From Ophelia neglecta (taxonomy: Eukaryota), in NCBI GenBank assembly GCA_965285935.1, contig OZ260666.1, positions 65,286,001 through 65,350,000 of the forward strand: 64,000 bases of DNA, given 5' to 3'. Positions 52,319 through 64,000 of the stretch are shown in pieces. The translations under genes were made by a program, and so were the position numbers. A model generated the notes under the pieces. That model searched no databases. It saw only the letters and a program-made list of their open reading frames with translations, and was not told the DNA's origin. Positions within the stretch are counted from its first letter, which is position 1. Each line of letters begins with the position of its first letter.

Positions 52319-55300
52319 CTGAAAAATAACACAATACTTATACATGCTGCATGATCATAAGAAAAACTTAGACTGTAGAAAACAGACTCAGAAGACAGTA
52401 ATCTGTCTAACATGACATATCATTCCCTCCTTAGGTGGACACCCACCCCACACCCATGACATGAGAAATGCCACATCCTTACTCCCCCCCACCCCACCCC
52501 GCCCCCACCCCCCCACCCCCACACACACACACATAATTTATGCAGCAACATTGTTAAACATCTGTCTCAAAACACACTTTCAACTCTGGTCTTGATAACG
52601 TGCCCCCCTTTCTAAATCCCCCAGTGTAATAAATCCCATGCCTAGTAGGACTAGATGTCCAATAAGACCTAAAGGTCCTTACCTGATTTGGTTTTTTCTT
52701 ATGTAGGTAGTTTCCAAATTGTCTCCACATCAGTTCAAGAGATATTGCATCCCAAACGTAAAATTAATAAAAGTAATATAAGGAATTTAAAAGATAAAAA
52801 AATTTGAACAACATGATTTCTTCCCAACATAGGTCTAGTAAAACATTATTTTTCTCCGAGACAATGTTCTGTTATACGACAATGTGGGATGTTAAAATGA
52901 ACTATGCACAGTTCGTGTTCCATGAAATTGAAAAAAAAAAATCATTGGCAGTACCACTAAGAAGTAATGAATTATTAGTGGTGATAAATATGATGTGTTT
53001 TGGTAATGTCTTTATTATTTAATGTATTTTTGTTGCTGAAACAATTGCTAGGCTACATTCAGAGAGGGGTGTATTTTCCTAAATCTCTGACGGCTGCAAA
53101 TCAGTATTTATTTACATGAAATAAAAGAAAAAAATGAAAGCTGGGAGCCATTCCTGATTACCAAAGTTTTCCTCTTTAAGAAAGGCAGGTGTAATTACAG
53201 CAGATTTAGGCCTAGATTATTTGGTTTGAATAAAAATTGAGGTGATAAGTTATTGTTTGTACATATTAAAGAAAGTTCAATCTTTATAATGAAATAATAA
53301 TGGAAATATAAATGAAATAAATCAAAGCATGCAGATATTTAAAGCAATCCAAATAGTTTAAACAGATCCTTTTTTCAAAAACTAGTAGTGAACTACTGAA
53401 TTGGATAGTACTACATTCCAATAGCAGCACACCCATGTAAAAAGACAGCCCCTTCAGATTTAAAGTAAATTTGACTCTGTCAAAGAGTATTATTTTTATA
53501 CTGTGAAGTGCAGAAGTTTAATGACACATGAATCACTAAAAAACATGGGCAGCATATTGTAATATCTCATTAAAATTGATTTTTTATTGGGTGTAGCCTC
53601 TACACTCGTTGCTTGACCAGGGCCTGCAGATGTGTGAGATAGCCGGGCCTGCCCATTGGATTATAGGGGATTGAGCCATGACATCAAACACCCCCATCAT
53701 CGTCTGCAGCATACTGATACTTAAACATTGCTTTTATATACACTGGGATGACGATATCTCCCCCTACTTTTCCTACTTTTATGAAGTCCCTTCTGCTACT
53801 AGAAAAGTTACTGAAGCAACTGTAATCCTGTGAAAAACATTGTTATTATTCTGCCACAAGCTTAAAATGCATCTTACCTGTCCTTCCTTGCTTCTTTAAT
53901 ACAATATGGTTTTAGTTTACTAAATTGCTCAAACTGTCGCAGGCAGGTTATTTATGCGTATATTACTAATGTGCTTTATGTGTCTGGTTTGATAAGAACC
54001 ATTGTTATGTGTTGTTTAAAAAATCACATGCCAAGTGAAGACAGGCTTTTCCACCCTATCGTATGAGGGTTTGATTTTGCCACATAGTAGTGTTTACTTT
54101 TATTACTACTCATTTAGTAGTATGTATAGAACATCAAATTTAGAGTTATAGTGTGTTTAAACTATGTGTATATATAAATTAAAATGGAGAGACTCTAGAG
54201 CTTAAGCTATTGCTCACTCATTAAGATATTTTTTATCTTATTATTATTTAGGTACTTCTAAATTGTACCTGTTTTTGGCCACACTATGACATGTTTGACA
54301 AATAAACTTTTTCTCAATAGTGAGTCGCGCTCAGGTAAGGTTATGAGGAAGGGGCCAAGGGGGATGGCTACCCGCTAACAATAGACCTATGAGCGTGGTG
54401 CATCACTTCTGGCACACAATCGCCAATATGCCTAGAAGTAACTCGCAATATAGCGGTCTTTCGACATTTTATGTAATAATGCCGATATCAATTGTAAACC
54501 CCACCCCAAGAACTTATAGTGGGATATTGGGGTTTTCCTGGGCAATACAGGGGCTATCTTCAGTCAGCAGCACCATTGGCAAATAATAAGTATATATTTA
54601 GGGAATACCAAACTCCTACTGGATAGTAAATGTTATAATTGATTTATGTCGATGATTACCATATATACAACAAAACATTCATAATATATAGCGCCCACTA
54701 GGTACCCAGAAGCCAATGAGTGGAAATTTTCTGAAAAAAAACATTGAAAATTATGAAGTTGTAGCACTTTTTGTCAGAAAATATAGGTTTTTTTTCAAAG
54801 GTTGCCATGGAGCACTGAAATTAATTATAAGTGTGACAGCTGTGCCAATGTGTTCCTAAGAGTGTAAAGTAGTAAAGGGTCATTCAGAATTTCCTAATTC
54901 CTCTCCTAACCAGTGATTTTAATAGATTTTGTAACTAGTCATCTAATATAGTACTCATTATTGGCTTTCTCAACTTTGGCGATAGATTACTAATTGTGGA
55001 AAATCTGAGGGACCCTTTACTAAATCTAACTTTTGTTGACAAGTTCCCGTTTGCAGATTTTAATTCAGTTAAAGTTTGAAGAGGCCAGCATTGTTTGAAA
55101 ATGATGAATAGCTTGCAATTCACACCAACTCATCTTTGCGGCTAATCAACAAAGAAGGTGCCGGAACACCGTTTTTCTCACTTGAACGCCTGGATTTGGC
55201 GTGATGCATTCTCACCTTTTCACTGGCCACTAGGGCAGGATAGTCTGCTACAATCCCACAAACTATCATTTTCTTTCCACCAATCATAAGTGTAATTTTT

Positions 55301-57684
55301 GGTGATTTTTAATCGAATGTAATGTTACTCGTTCAGTTCCACATTGTAAGCCATGTGGACAGATTTTCATTGGCTGTGATGCCGTCGCATCAGCCCTTGT
55401 GGCGGAGCCAAGTAGGGGAGATTAGTGGTATCAGACAGATCATCTGTATATATAAGATTAGCTAACTTGATCAGATATAAATCATGCATATAAATCATGC
55501 ATCATCAGTTGGAAATTAATTAGCGAAAGAATAACCTGGGACTTCAGACATCGATTGATTATTGCAAATACAGTGTAATTCATATACAAAAAAACTGTGG
55601 ATGGTGGGATATTCCAACAGGATGGAACGGAAAAAGATACCCTTTTCAAACATTTGTGATTAGATTGCGGCCAATTGTAGGATAAACTGTGCAATCATCT
55701 GGTCTGTGCCTGTAGGTATGGCTTAGCCTGTGTTGACTTTGATATAGTGAAATTCTCGGGGATAAATATATTTCTAGTAAATAAGGAACCTTCGTTTCAC
55801 GTTTTATCGCTCACATACATGCTTTCTCACATACGCTCTATAATAGGGCATGTAGACTACATGTGCAAGAATTTGCAATTTTCAGTATTTGTCGTCATTT
55901 TCATCAGGCTCTGTGTCAATGCTTGCTATTCATTCTGTAGTCTGTGCACCTATTATATACTTTTATTGACAAGTTCATTCTCATAAGAAAATTCGGACAC
56001 AGCCTCTTTCTTGGAGCCATTTTACACGTTTTCTATTAGTGACTTTTGGGCACACTAACATATTATGTACAGGTATCGCACGGCACCTGTCATAATATTC
56101 AGTTTATCACAACTATCAGTGATCCAGTGAGAGTGGGGAGGAGCCTAATTGCCATTGCTTAATGCTTGGTCATGCATGGCTGATCACTATGGTTATGTGA
56201 CGAACAATACCATAACATGTCTTGTTTGTAAACAAACAATTAGCTGATGGGCATGAGTAAAAATCCTTCATTTGAGTAAAATAGAAAATACTAAGAATGA
56301 AAACAAACACACCAATGGATAGAGCGGATTTAGCTCTAACTAAAACAGTGCTTTTTTAAAAAATCACCCAAATTATGACATTTATCATGAACTAAGGGTC
56401 CGGTTTGTATGAACCTTCGTGCACCTGTACAAAGCTTGTAAAGACCGCCTATGAAACGCAAAGCGCTGGGCATGTGTTATAACGTAAAGGCATACACTAT
56501 AGATCTACTTACGCTTTCTGTTATGAGAGGCAGAACGCATTATCAGCTGAGAGAACCTCATGTTTGAAAACATCCTAGGCCATGTCGGAAGTAGTCCTAT
56601 GAGGCAAAAGTTTGGAGAAACACGCTTGTGAAAGTAGTATACAACTTCCACCGGCGAAAACCACATGGCCTCTCATATGAACACAATATTAACCCTAAGC
56701 TTACCCATTTATATCAAAAACAAAATTGAGAAGTCTGGTTAAGGGTTGGGTATAAAATAACTGATATTTTAGATTATTGTGTCATCAATGCTGCTTTCGC
56801 AACAGCTTTCGCTTTCGCCATTAACACAAAGCCGCATCCACCAGTTACAACGACTATGTTGGTTTGGGGCCTAGTCCTGGGGGGGGCCCAAGCGCTAGAA
56901 GGGGATCTCCCCAGGAGGATCTCCCATATCGAGTAGCATATATGATATATATATTTAGAATCCATTTTGTATGTAAGAACTATGAAATGACTGGAGAACG
57001 AAAAACCAAACATAAAATCAAAAACGATTAAATAAATTCATTAGTTATAAAGTTTTGCCCTCATTATTTTTAGATATTTATAATATAATCAATAAGGTAA
57101 GAACATAAATTATGATATATTTCGGTTGGCTGCAATTATTAAATTGCGCTCGAAAGGTTTGAGTTGTGGATTAAAATGTATGAAATTGTGGCAAACATTA
57201 AATAATCATCAATTAAAATTGTGTGCATTTTCGGATAATCAATTCCACCCTAAACTCAATTCATGTAAGAATGTAGGCCTATAAGCACAGCTTTCTTTAA
57301 ATTAGAAGTGCACACACGCCTTTGTATGCACAATCCCTTTAATTCAAGTCTCTGTCAGTTTGAAAAAAAAATTGGAGTGAAGACCCCCCAAACAAAGCAT
57401 TAATCATTGATTAAGAATAGTTCATTAAATCTGTCTTTAATTCTCATACACCAATCGCCAGCTCCCAGAAAGTAAATAAGCTTGTTACGCTAATTAAATG
57501 AAACAAATGTAAACATAAAATTGATGCATGCAATTTAGGTGAAAAGTGGGCAAGAGTTTTCCAAATTCCGAAATCATCAGGAGAAATGTACATATTTACC
57601 TTTAGGACCCCAGTTTCCAAAAAAAAAATGGACATAATCTACCAGCTAATAAATACATGAAAAAATAAGCGAATATTGAAATTA

Positions 57685-59776
57685 CCCACCAAGCCAAAAA
57701 ATGTTTTTTAAATGTCTTAAAAATGTTTTTTTCAAAACATATAAACGTTTGAAAAAACCCAGATCAAACGTTCATTTAACATTTATTTGTTGGTTCTTAT
57801 TAACATTTGTTTAACGTTTTGTAGAAACATTTTTAACATGCGTTTTTATAATGTTTTTCCTCAAACGTCTTTTCAACGTTTTTTTGTTGTTGTTTTTTTA
57901 AACATATTTTTAACGTTTTTAAATAATATTTTAACAAACGTGTTTCCAACGTTATTTTGTTGGTTCTTTTTAACATATTTTTAACGTTAAAAAAAGTATT
58001 ATTCCTTTAATGCGTTCTTTTTAACATACATGTAGTTTTGACATTTTTACAAAAACATTCTTAACAAACGTTTTTATAATGTTTCATGTCTCAGAATCGT
58101 ACATGCGCGCGCATGTCTCAGAATCGTACATGCGCGCGCATGTCTCAGAATCGTACATGCGCGCGCATGTCTCAGAATCGTACATGCGCGCGCATGTCTC
58201 AGAATAGTACATGCGCGCGCATGTCTCAGAATCGTACATGCGCGCGCATGTCTCAGAATCGTTCATGCGCGCGCATGTCTTTGAATCGTACATGCGCGCG
58301 CATGTCTCAGAATCGTACATGCGCGCACATGTATCAAAACTGTTCATGCGCACGCAGGTACCGTTTTGAGCCATGTGTGCGCAGATAAAGATTTGGTAGC
58401 CTAGGAAGTGGTTGCCTTTCAGCATACTTCAGGCCATTCCCTTCAGCAGAATATTTGTCCTATACATAATTGGACATCATTAAGTTGAAGTTGGTGTTGT
58501 AGTGTTTCATAAAAAATATGAACTTGCTTGACTCATGCAATTTAACATTTTAAGAGGCAACATAATTCCTGCTCCAAGATTCATCTTTGTATTTGTTATA
58601 TTTTGATAATTTTTACAGTGGGAAATTCTGTAAGTAGGTTGGTTTGTTACTTATTTGTTTATTTCATGAATAGTTTAGGCCTAGCACTACTATGGATATA
58701 CATGTTTCATACGTTTTTCATGACTATCTGTTTTATACTGCTTTAGTAACGTTTAAGTCGTAACCATGAATGAAAATAAACAACTGTAGTAGTGATCTGG
58801 TGTTAGTACCTTGAGCAAAACTGCCCGTTTGTACTGCTTGGGTAATCCTTTAGTAGTAACAATGATTGAAAATTGCAATAACAGTATAACGAAATGATAA
58901 TAGGATAAAACAGGTCAGTCGCATGGTCCATGTCCATTGTTCTCATGATTTGGAGAGCTGCAGGATATAGATAATGTCAGCAGACATAAACACAAAAATA
59001 TTCAAAACAAAACATAGGTCTACTTTTTGTATATATACATATACATACGCCTATCAGTGAAAGGTAACCTCTTAATTCGGACCACCTCCTGGCCAGGTAA
59101 AACTGGCCTCTTTGTGCAGATAGCGTGTTGAGAATTTTTCTTTTATTATCGGTTGTCTGAATTCCCAGGTTACCTGTAAACGTTTTACACTAAACGTTTC
59201 GAGTGTTTTATACTTATTGAAAATAATTAAAATGTTTTAAACATAATTTTCAACTTCTTTCTAAACGATTGTGGTTGAAAAAAATGTCTTCATTAAAACG
59301 TTTCATAAGATGTGCTATATAATGTTTTATTCACGTTTGCCTTAAATGTTTGCGGTAACATTTATATCACATAATAAAAAATGCATTTCAAACGTTATTT
59401 AAACCTTTTTATTCTGAAAGTTTCAAGAGAACTTTACTTTTTAACACTTATATAGAAAATTAAAAGAATTTCTAAAACGTTTTGTCTAAACATTTCTCGT
59501 TAACCATATCATTCCGCTTTAAAACGTTTCATACAATGTGCTATATAATATGACTTCACGTTTGCCTTAAATGTTCGTGGCTTACCATTTTATTACAAAT
59601 TAAATATGTGTTTAAAACATTCTTTTGACGTTTTTTTTTTCTGAAAGTTTTGTTTTTACCTTCTCAACACCAATTAAGAAAGTTAGAACGTTTTTAAATC
59701 CATATACACGCATTTTATAAACGGTTGTGCTTAACTTTATTCAAAACGTTTGATGAAATGTTTTATGTTTGGTGGG
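57685..59776. mobile_element. Non-autonomous TIR/foldback DNA transposon (CMC-EnSpm-like CCC termini, TA flanks)
   Basis: TA|CCCACCAA at 57683-57692 and TTGGTGGG|TA at 59769-59778; both arms are rich in AACGTT/AACATT subterminal motifs; diverged internal duplication of about 225 bp (about 59293 vs 59519). Confidence 0.75.
58085..58354. repeat. 27-bp palindrome-containing tandem array (9 near-perfect copies plus 1 degenerate)
   Basis: Unit CATGTCTCAGAATCGTACATGCGCGCG; unit junctions form the 16-bp palindrome ACATGCGCGCGCATGT. Confidence 0.97.
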
Positions 59777-60364
59777 TAGTCAGATGCGAGTCAGTAAAGT
59801 CGACTTTAGCACAGATCCCTCGGTGACACCACAGATCATCTTGACCAAAACGAAAATATTCCCATTGACGCGAACGACATATTTCCTGTTGCATAAAACC
59901 AGTTAACCATCAATGAGGGACATTTTGTATAGCTAAATGTTGTAACATTTTAAGAATATAGAAAACAGTGCTCAATTATTTCGGTATCAAACATTCATGG
60001 GGACCGAACGGACAATTTCCCTAATACAACCAGTTCTTTAACCGTATCGTCGAGAAAATCAGAATAACCTGATGGTTAAAGAATGGGAGACAAAGCTAAT
60101 AGTCCATTAAATCAGTCCAGAATCATCAGGAACCAGCAGCCGCAGGCTCACACACATATAAACATCAGTCCCCACCCTCAACCTGTATAAAACTAAATTT
60201 GTAAAATAAAATAAGGCAAATTGATTTCCCTGCAGTGAGAAGTAGCTGTTTTCCATGATGTTCCATGTGAAGTTCAAGTCTAAATATTTTGGCCGTAGCA
60301 GACTGGAATTGAGAGCCCAAATCATGGCTATTGGGATTCACCTTCAGTTCGCATTGTAAAATAA

Positions 60365-60443
60365 ATGGCTATATTGTCTGTTTATTCCCATGTATTTAAG
60401 TGTTTCGGGTGTTTATTGAGCAGTTAGCTCCGAGAGCCCTCCT
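60365..60443 (+). repeat. 79-bp dispersed repeat, copy 2
   Basis: 76/79 identical to 38515-38593. Confidence 0.95.
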
Positions 60444-61870
60444 TCTCAGTGTGTGTGGATTTCATTGTGTTTCTCTGTTGATCGTTGCTATTTTGCTACT
60501 GGCCCATAGTATGAAAAGGACAATAACCGATATTGATACGTGCTTACAATTCGCTCTTGTAGAGAAGGCGCGGCTCCGAAAAATCTATGTATGCCACTGC
60601 CGCTATTGTAACATCATCTAAGAGAAGACTGCATAAGAACTGAAATCCATAAGAACAGACCAGTTTAGTATCTCCTTAGCTGATAATTGTCGGCACTTTG
60701 AAAAACAAATTCAAAAATTGCTCAATTACAGTCGAATCTGCCCTTGTGGTCATCTGTAAATCAAAGACATCTTTGTATTAAGGACACGTTTGTTCAGCCA
60801 CGCCTGATTTAACCTGGGACTAATAGGAGAGGGCATATGTGAATTAAGGACATCTCTGAATTGAGAAATAACGGCTGGATTTTCGTCCCATTGCTGTCTT
60901 AAAACCCAGTGAATTAAGAGCAATCAAGTTTAAAGGTGTTGATTTTTAAGGTTTTTGATAGTGAATGCTGCATACGAGAAGGTGTTAAACCACCAGTGAC
61001 AAACAACCAAATGGGTAGAACAAAGATTTTCGGTTTCCGAATTAATTTGTTGTGAATTCAATTGTAAATGTGAAACCAATACTGGTACTTTCAATTTCAC
61101 TTCACAGGAGCTAGGTCAAATTCTTTGCGTTTATGCATACTTACACGTTAATGACAAACTTGTTGATTGACAAATGATTTAGTTCAAGAAGGGGAAGCGT
61201 TGAATTTTAGGGCGATGAGTTTGAGCGAGTTCGAGGCAGATCACATAGAACATTCGATATCTCCGCAGCATTTCATTTATAGTTGGATAAGGATTTGGGG
61301 GGTTCAATGACACCACCATGTGATGAATTTAGTGTCTTTAAGCTGGGTATATTTCATGTTAGTATCAGAATTGCGTTATATTAATATGTAGTAATGATAT
61401 CAAGATATGTTATTATGCTTTATTTTGTAAAAACTTTCAAGAGGTATGGATAAGAGATCTTTGCTTGAAAAAGCATTTATGTTTTAGTAAAGGTCCATAA
61501 AAAAGTCTGTGAGTCAATATACAGGTAAAATGGCTTTGAAGCCCTCAACTTTAAAAAATCGATTCTATATTCGAGATCTACTGCATTTTGAAATAAAGAT
61601 CTATTGCTCTCAAGTCCCTTTTAGTCTAAATCATTAGAGTTCATCTATAATTAAAGTATGACATAAAACAACGTCGTCCGATAGGCCTACATTGAAATTG
61701 CACATTAAATGTTTAAATGTCGGGATATGCTGTCATTCCCAGTGAAAAACGTAGAGAATAAAACCAAACCTACATTGTGTTATTTTTAAGCATATATTCT
61801 TTTGCATATCATCATATCATGAGCATGTTGTGTATGTAAGTAGACTTATCACGCTGCCATTAAAAGAGAA

Positions 61871-61871
<1 letters not shown>

Positions 61872-61924
<53 letters not shown>
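61872..61924. repeat. (TA)n microsatellite
   Basis: About 26 perfect TA units. Confidence 0.98.
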
Positions 61925-61926
<2 letters not shown>

Positions 61927-63016
61927 CATGTTTACTGTATAAAGCAACGGTAGGTCTGATATGGATCCAGAGGGTCAATACACAGGGGTAGATACCATAG
62001 GTAACAGCGTTGTCGATTATTTACTGGTAAACAAGATCTTCAACACTTCAAAATTTTGTTTTGTGCGTGCCAAAAACTCGATCATTATGTTGTTTTGTAT
62101 CGATTTGGGAAAAAAATACCATTGTTGAATATGTACATCCAAACAAGACAGCGCTTTGTTTACCACCTATGCGATCGGTAAAGTATAACATCAATAAATG
62201 TCCAACCACGATTTACCACGTTAAACATAATTTTGCTATGAGTTAAGACATAGTGGATGAGCTCAGTTCGGGTGGCTGTTAAAAACCACTATCTAAAGTA
62301 TATGAATCATTCAGCATATATGCCAAATAGAAACATAGTCTGTCGGGAATCCGTTGTGTCAATAACAACGTTAAAATACATTCGACAGGGCGTTGAATGT
62401 GGTTGAATCGGTTATTGATTAAATCCGCGCATATATTTGATTTATTCCGCGCATTGTGTAGAGGCCGCTACTTCTTGCATTGTCTTATTCCACCCATTAA
62501 GAAGCCGCAATCAAGAGCCAGGAGGAAGACATGTCGATACATCGCCTTGTCTCTATCGCTGGAATTATACTTTTTTTTGGTAAAGTACAGAGATTAGTTT
62601 ATCGTCATTTATCTCGTGTTAGTTTTTTCAAGTTCAATAGTATATTCAAGTCATAACTGACCTAAATATATTCATAAAAAAGTATCAATGTACATACTGT
62701 AAAAATAGCTCAAGTTAAAAATTGATTAAAATATAAGTTATATTTCTCAGTGGGTATACATAAAGTCAATTCAACAATGATTTCTATTTGGAACATGTGA
62801 TTCTACAAGCATCTAGTTGGAAAAACCTATAAGTTAAGTCACAAGTTACGGTGCTTAACTATATGCAACACACCAGGATCCAAAGTTTATAAGCATATCT
62901 ATAATAGTAAATATACTTGCCAACTCGCTATCCCGGTGCGCCCATGACAATATACATTTATACAGGTCATGATAGAGGAAACTGTTATTTGCAATTTATT
63001 GGGTAAATGTTTTTAG

Positions 63017-63087
63017 CTTCAGTTTGTTCAGGATGTGAATCTGGTTGGTCGTCATACCAAGGACACTGCTACAAGTATTTTCCTCAG
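63017..63087 (+). CDS. C-type lectin domain protein, exon (5' boundary uncertain)
   Basis: Encodes SVCSGCESGWSSYQGHCYKYFPQ, the CxxGWxxYxxxCY start of a long-form CTLD; donor CAG|GTAGAC at 63087/63088; candidate acceptors end at 63016 or 63031. Confidence 0.8.
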
Positions 63088-63272
63088 GTAGACCGGTTCA
63101 TTGTCTCATTATCTTTTAAATTACGGCAAAAAGTAAATAAACTACAATAATTATTCAAATAAACTCTTTATATGGAATCAGAGTCACATAAACAAACCTA
63201 CCCTGCATCATGTGTTCTTGTGCAAAATAATCATCCATCTGAGCATCAAACAGGGTGGTTCTTTCGTTTTAG

Positions 63273-63383
63273 GACTGTATGAGTGGAGTGACCCCTGCCC
63301 GGATCTCCTGTCGAAAGCATGGAGGAGACCTTCTGGTGATCGATGACTTGGCCGAGGACATCTTCATTAACACAACATTAAAT
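63273..63383 (+). CDS. C-type lectin domain protein, next exon (gene probably continues beyond the window)
   Basis: Acceptor ttcgttttag|, in phase with the previous exon, encodes DCMSGVTPARISCRKHGGDLLVIDDLAEDIFINTTLN (AxxxCxxxGGxLxxIxxxxExxFI motif); donor AAT|GTATGA. Confidence 0.8.
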
Positions 63384-64000
63384 GTATGAAGCTCTGACCC
63401 TTCCAAAGCGTGTTGGGACATTGATCATTTGGTCAAAAATGAAAGAAAACTAAACGAGTCTCCATAAAAATCTGAGCATTATCAGTGTCAGAATCATAGA
63501 TAATTGCTGGTGACTGATCCCAAAGTTTAATTTGTTTCTTTATTTGTATATAATGAGTTCCTTACAATATTTCCAAAAGTCATCCAGGTAATACAATAGT
63601 TATAAAACTTTCTTGGCTTTCTCATTCCGCTGAAATGGTCTTAGAACACTAGCTAGGCCTAGTAATGTATAATTTGTCAATTCACTTCAACTTACATTGC
63701 TTAATATATATAATAGCTTTTCGTGGCCTCACATCAATTTTTGTATTGAACTATGGGGTTGGGCCAACAAATCTTTTATTAAACTTTATATAACTTAATT
63801 GTAAAATAGATAGTGTCAGCATGTCAGCTCCATATCGGGCCCACATAGCTCCTTTATTTGATAACCAAAATGTGCTCTCTTTCTTTAATGCATGCATGAA
63901 GTGATGATTTTCATTTTTTAATTTCATCTATGCCTTTTACTTTCTGGAAATTCAACCAAGTTTCTGAGTCTAGTTGCATTATCATCTTCATGGAAGGGCT

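Noticed and set aside
54250-56760. Additional DNA transposon with coding remnants
   Set aside because: It has transposon-like texture, but I could not pair termini or assign a protein motif.
58085-58354. CRISPR array, or repeat proteins from ORFs 58084..58425 and 58086..58388
   Set aside because: The sequence between palindromes is identical rather than unique spacers, there are no cas genes and the context is eukaryotic; the ORFs arise because the 27-bp unit is a stop-free multiple of three.
1-64000. Cyclin Y or other conserved neighbours of FZD5/8, and any prokaryotic defence or operon system
   Set aside because: No such exons were recognisable, and nothing in gene density or content is prokaryotic.

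Overview
Eukaryotic, AT-rich, non-vertebrate bilaterian DNA (the Frizzled sequence looks lophotrochozoan, but the species cannot be fixed from sequence alone). The only complete protein-coding gene is an intronless Frizzled-5/8 Wnt receptor (+, probable ATG 29456 to stop 31291). It has a uORF-bearing leader and a roughly 1.9 kb 3' UTR with conserved-miRNA seed sites. It sits in a gene desert of about 28 kb upstream and 31 kb downstream. By-eye translation suggests the desert is a mosaic of very old, heavily decayed Gypsy LTR-retrotransposon pol fragments and a few Penelope-like fragments. These are mixed with candidate cis-regulatory motifs (a TCF/LEF cluster, RFX X-boxes, a convergent CTCF-like pair around the gene). 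Younger repeats include a degraded near-full-length CR1/L2-group LINE (about 46.5-50.8 kb), an L2 3' end, a Tc1/mariner-type MITE and a nested TTAA-MITE pair. There is also a 2.1 kb TIR element (57685-59776) carrying a tandem array of palindromic, p53-family-like response elements. A possible spliced non-coding minus-strand transcript lies at about 51.6-53.9 kb, and two exons of a C-type lectin gene begin at the right edge. I found no prokaryotic system, CRISPR array, rRNA or tRNA. All homology calls are by-eye motif recognition, not database results.
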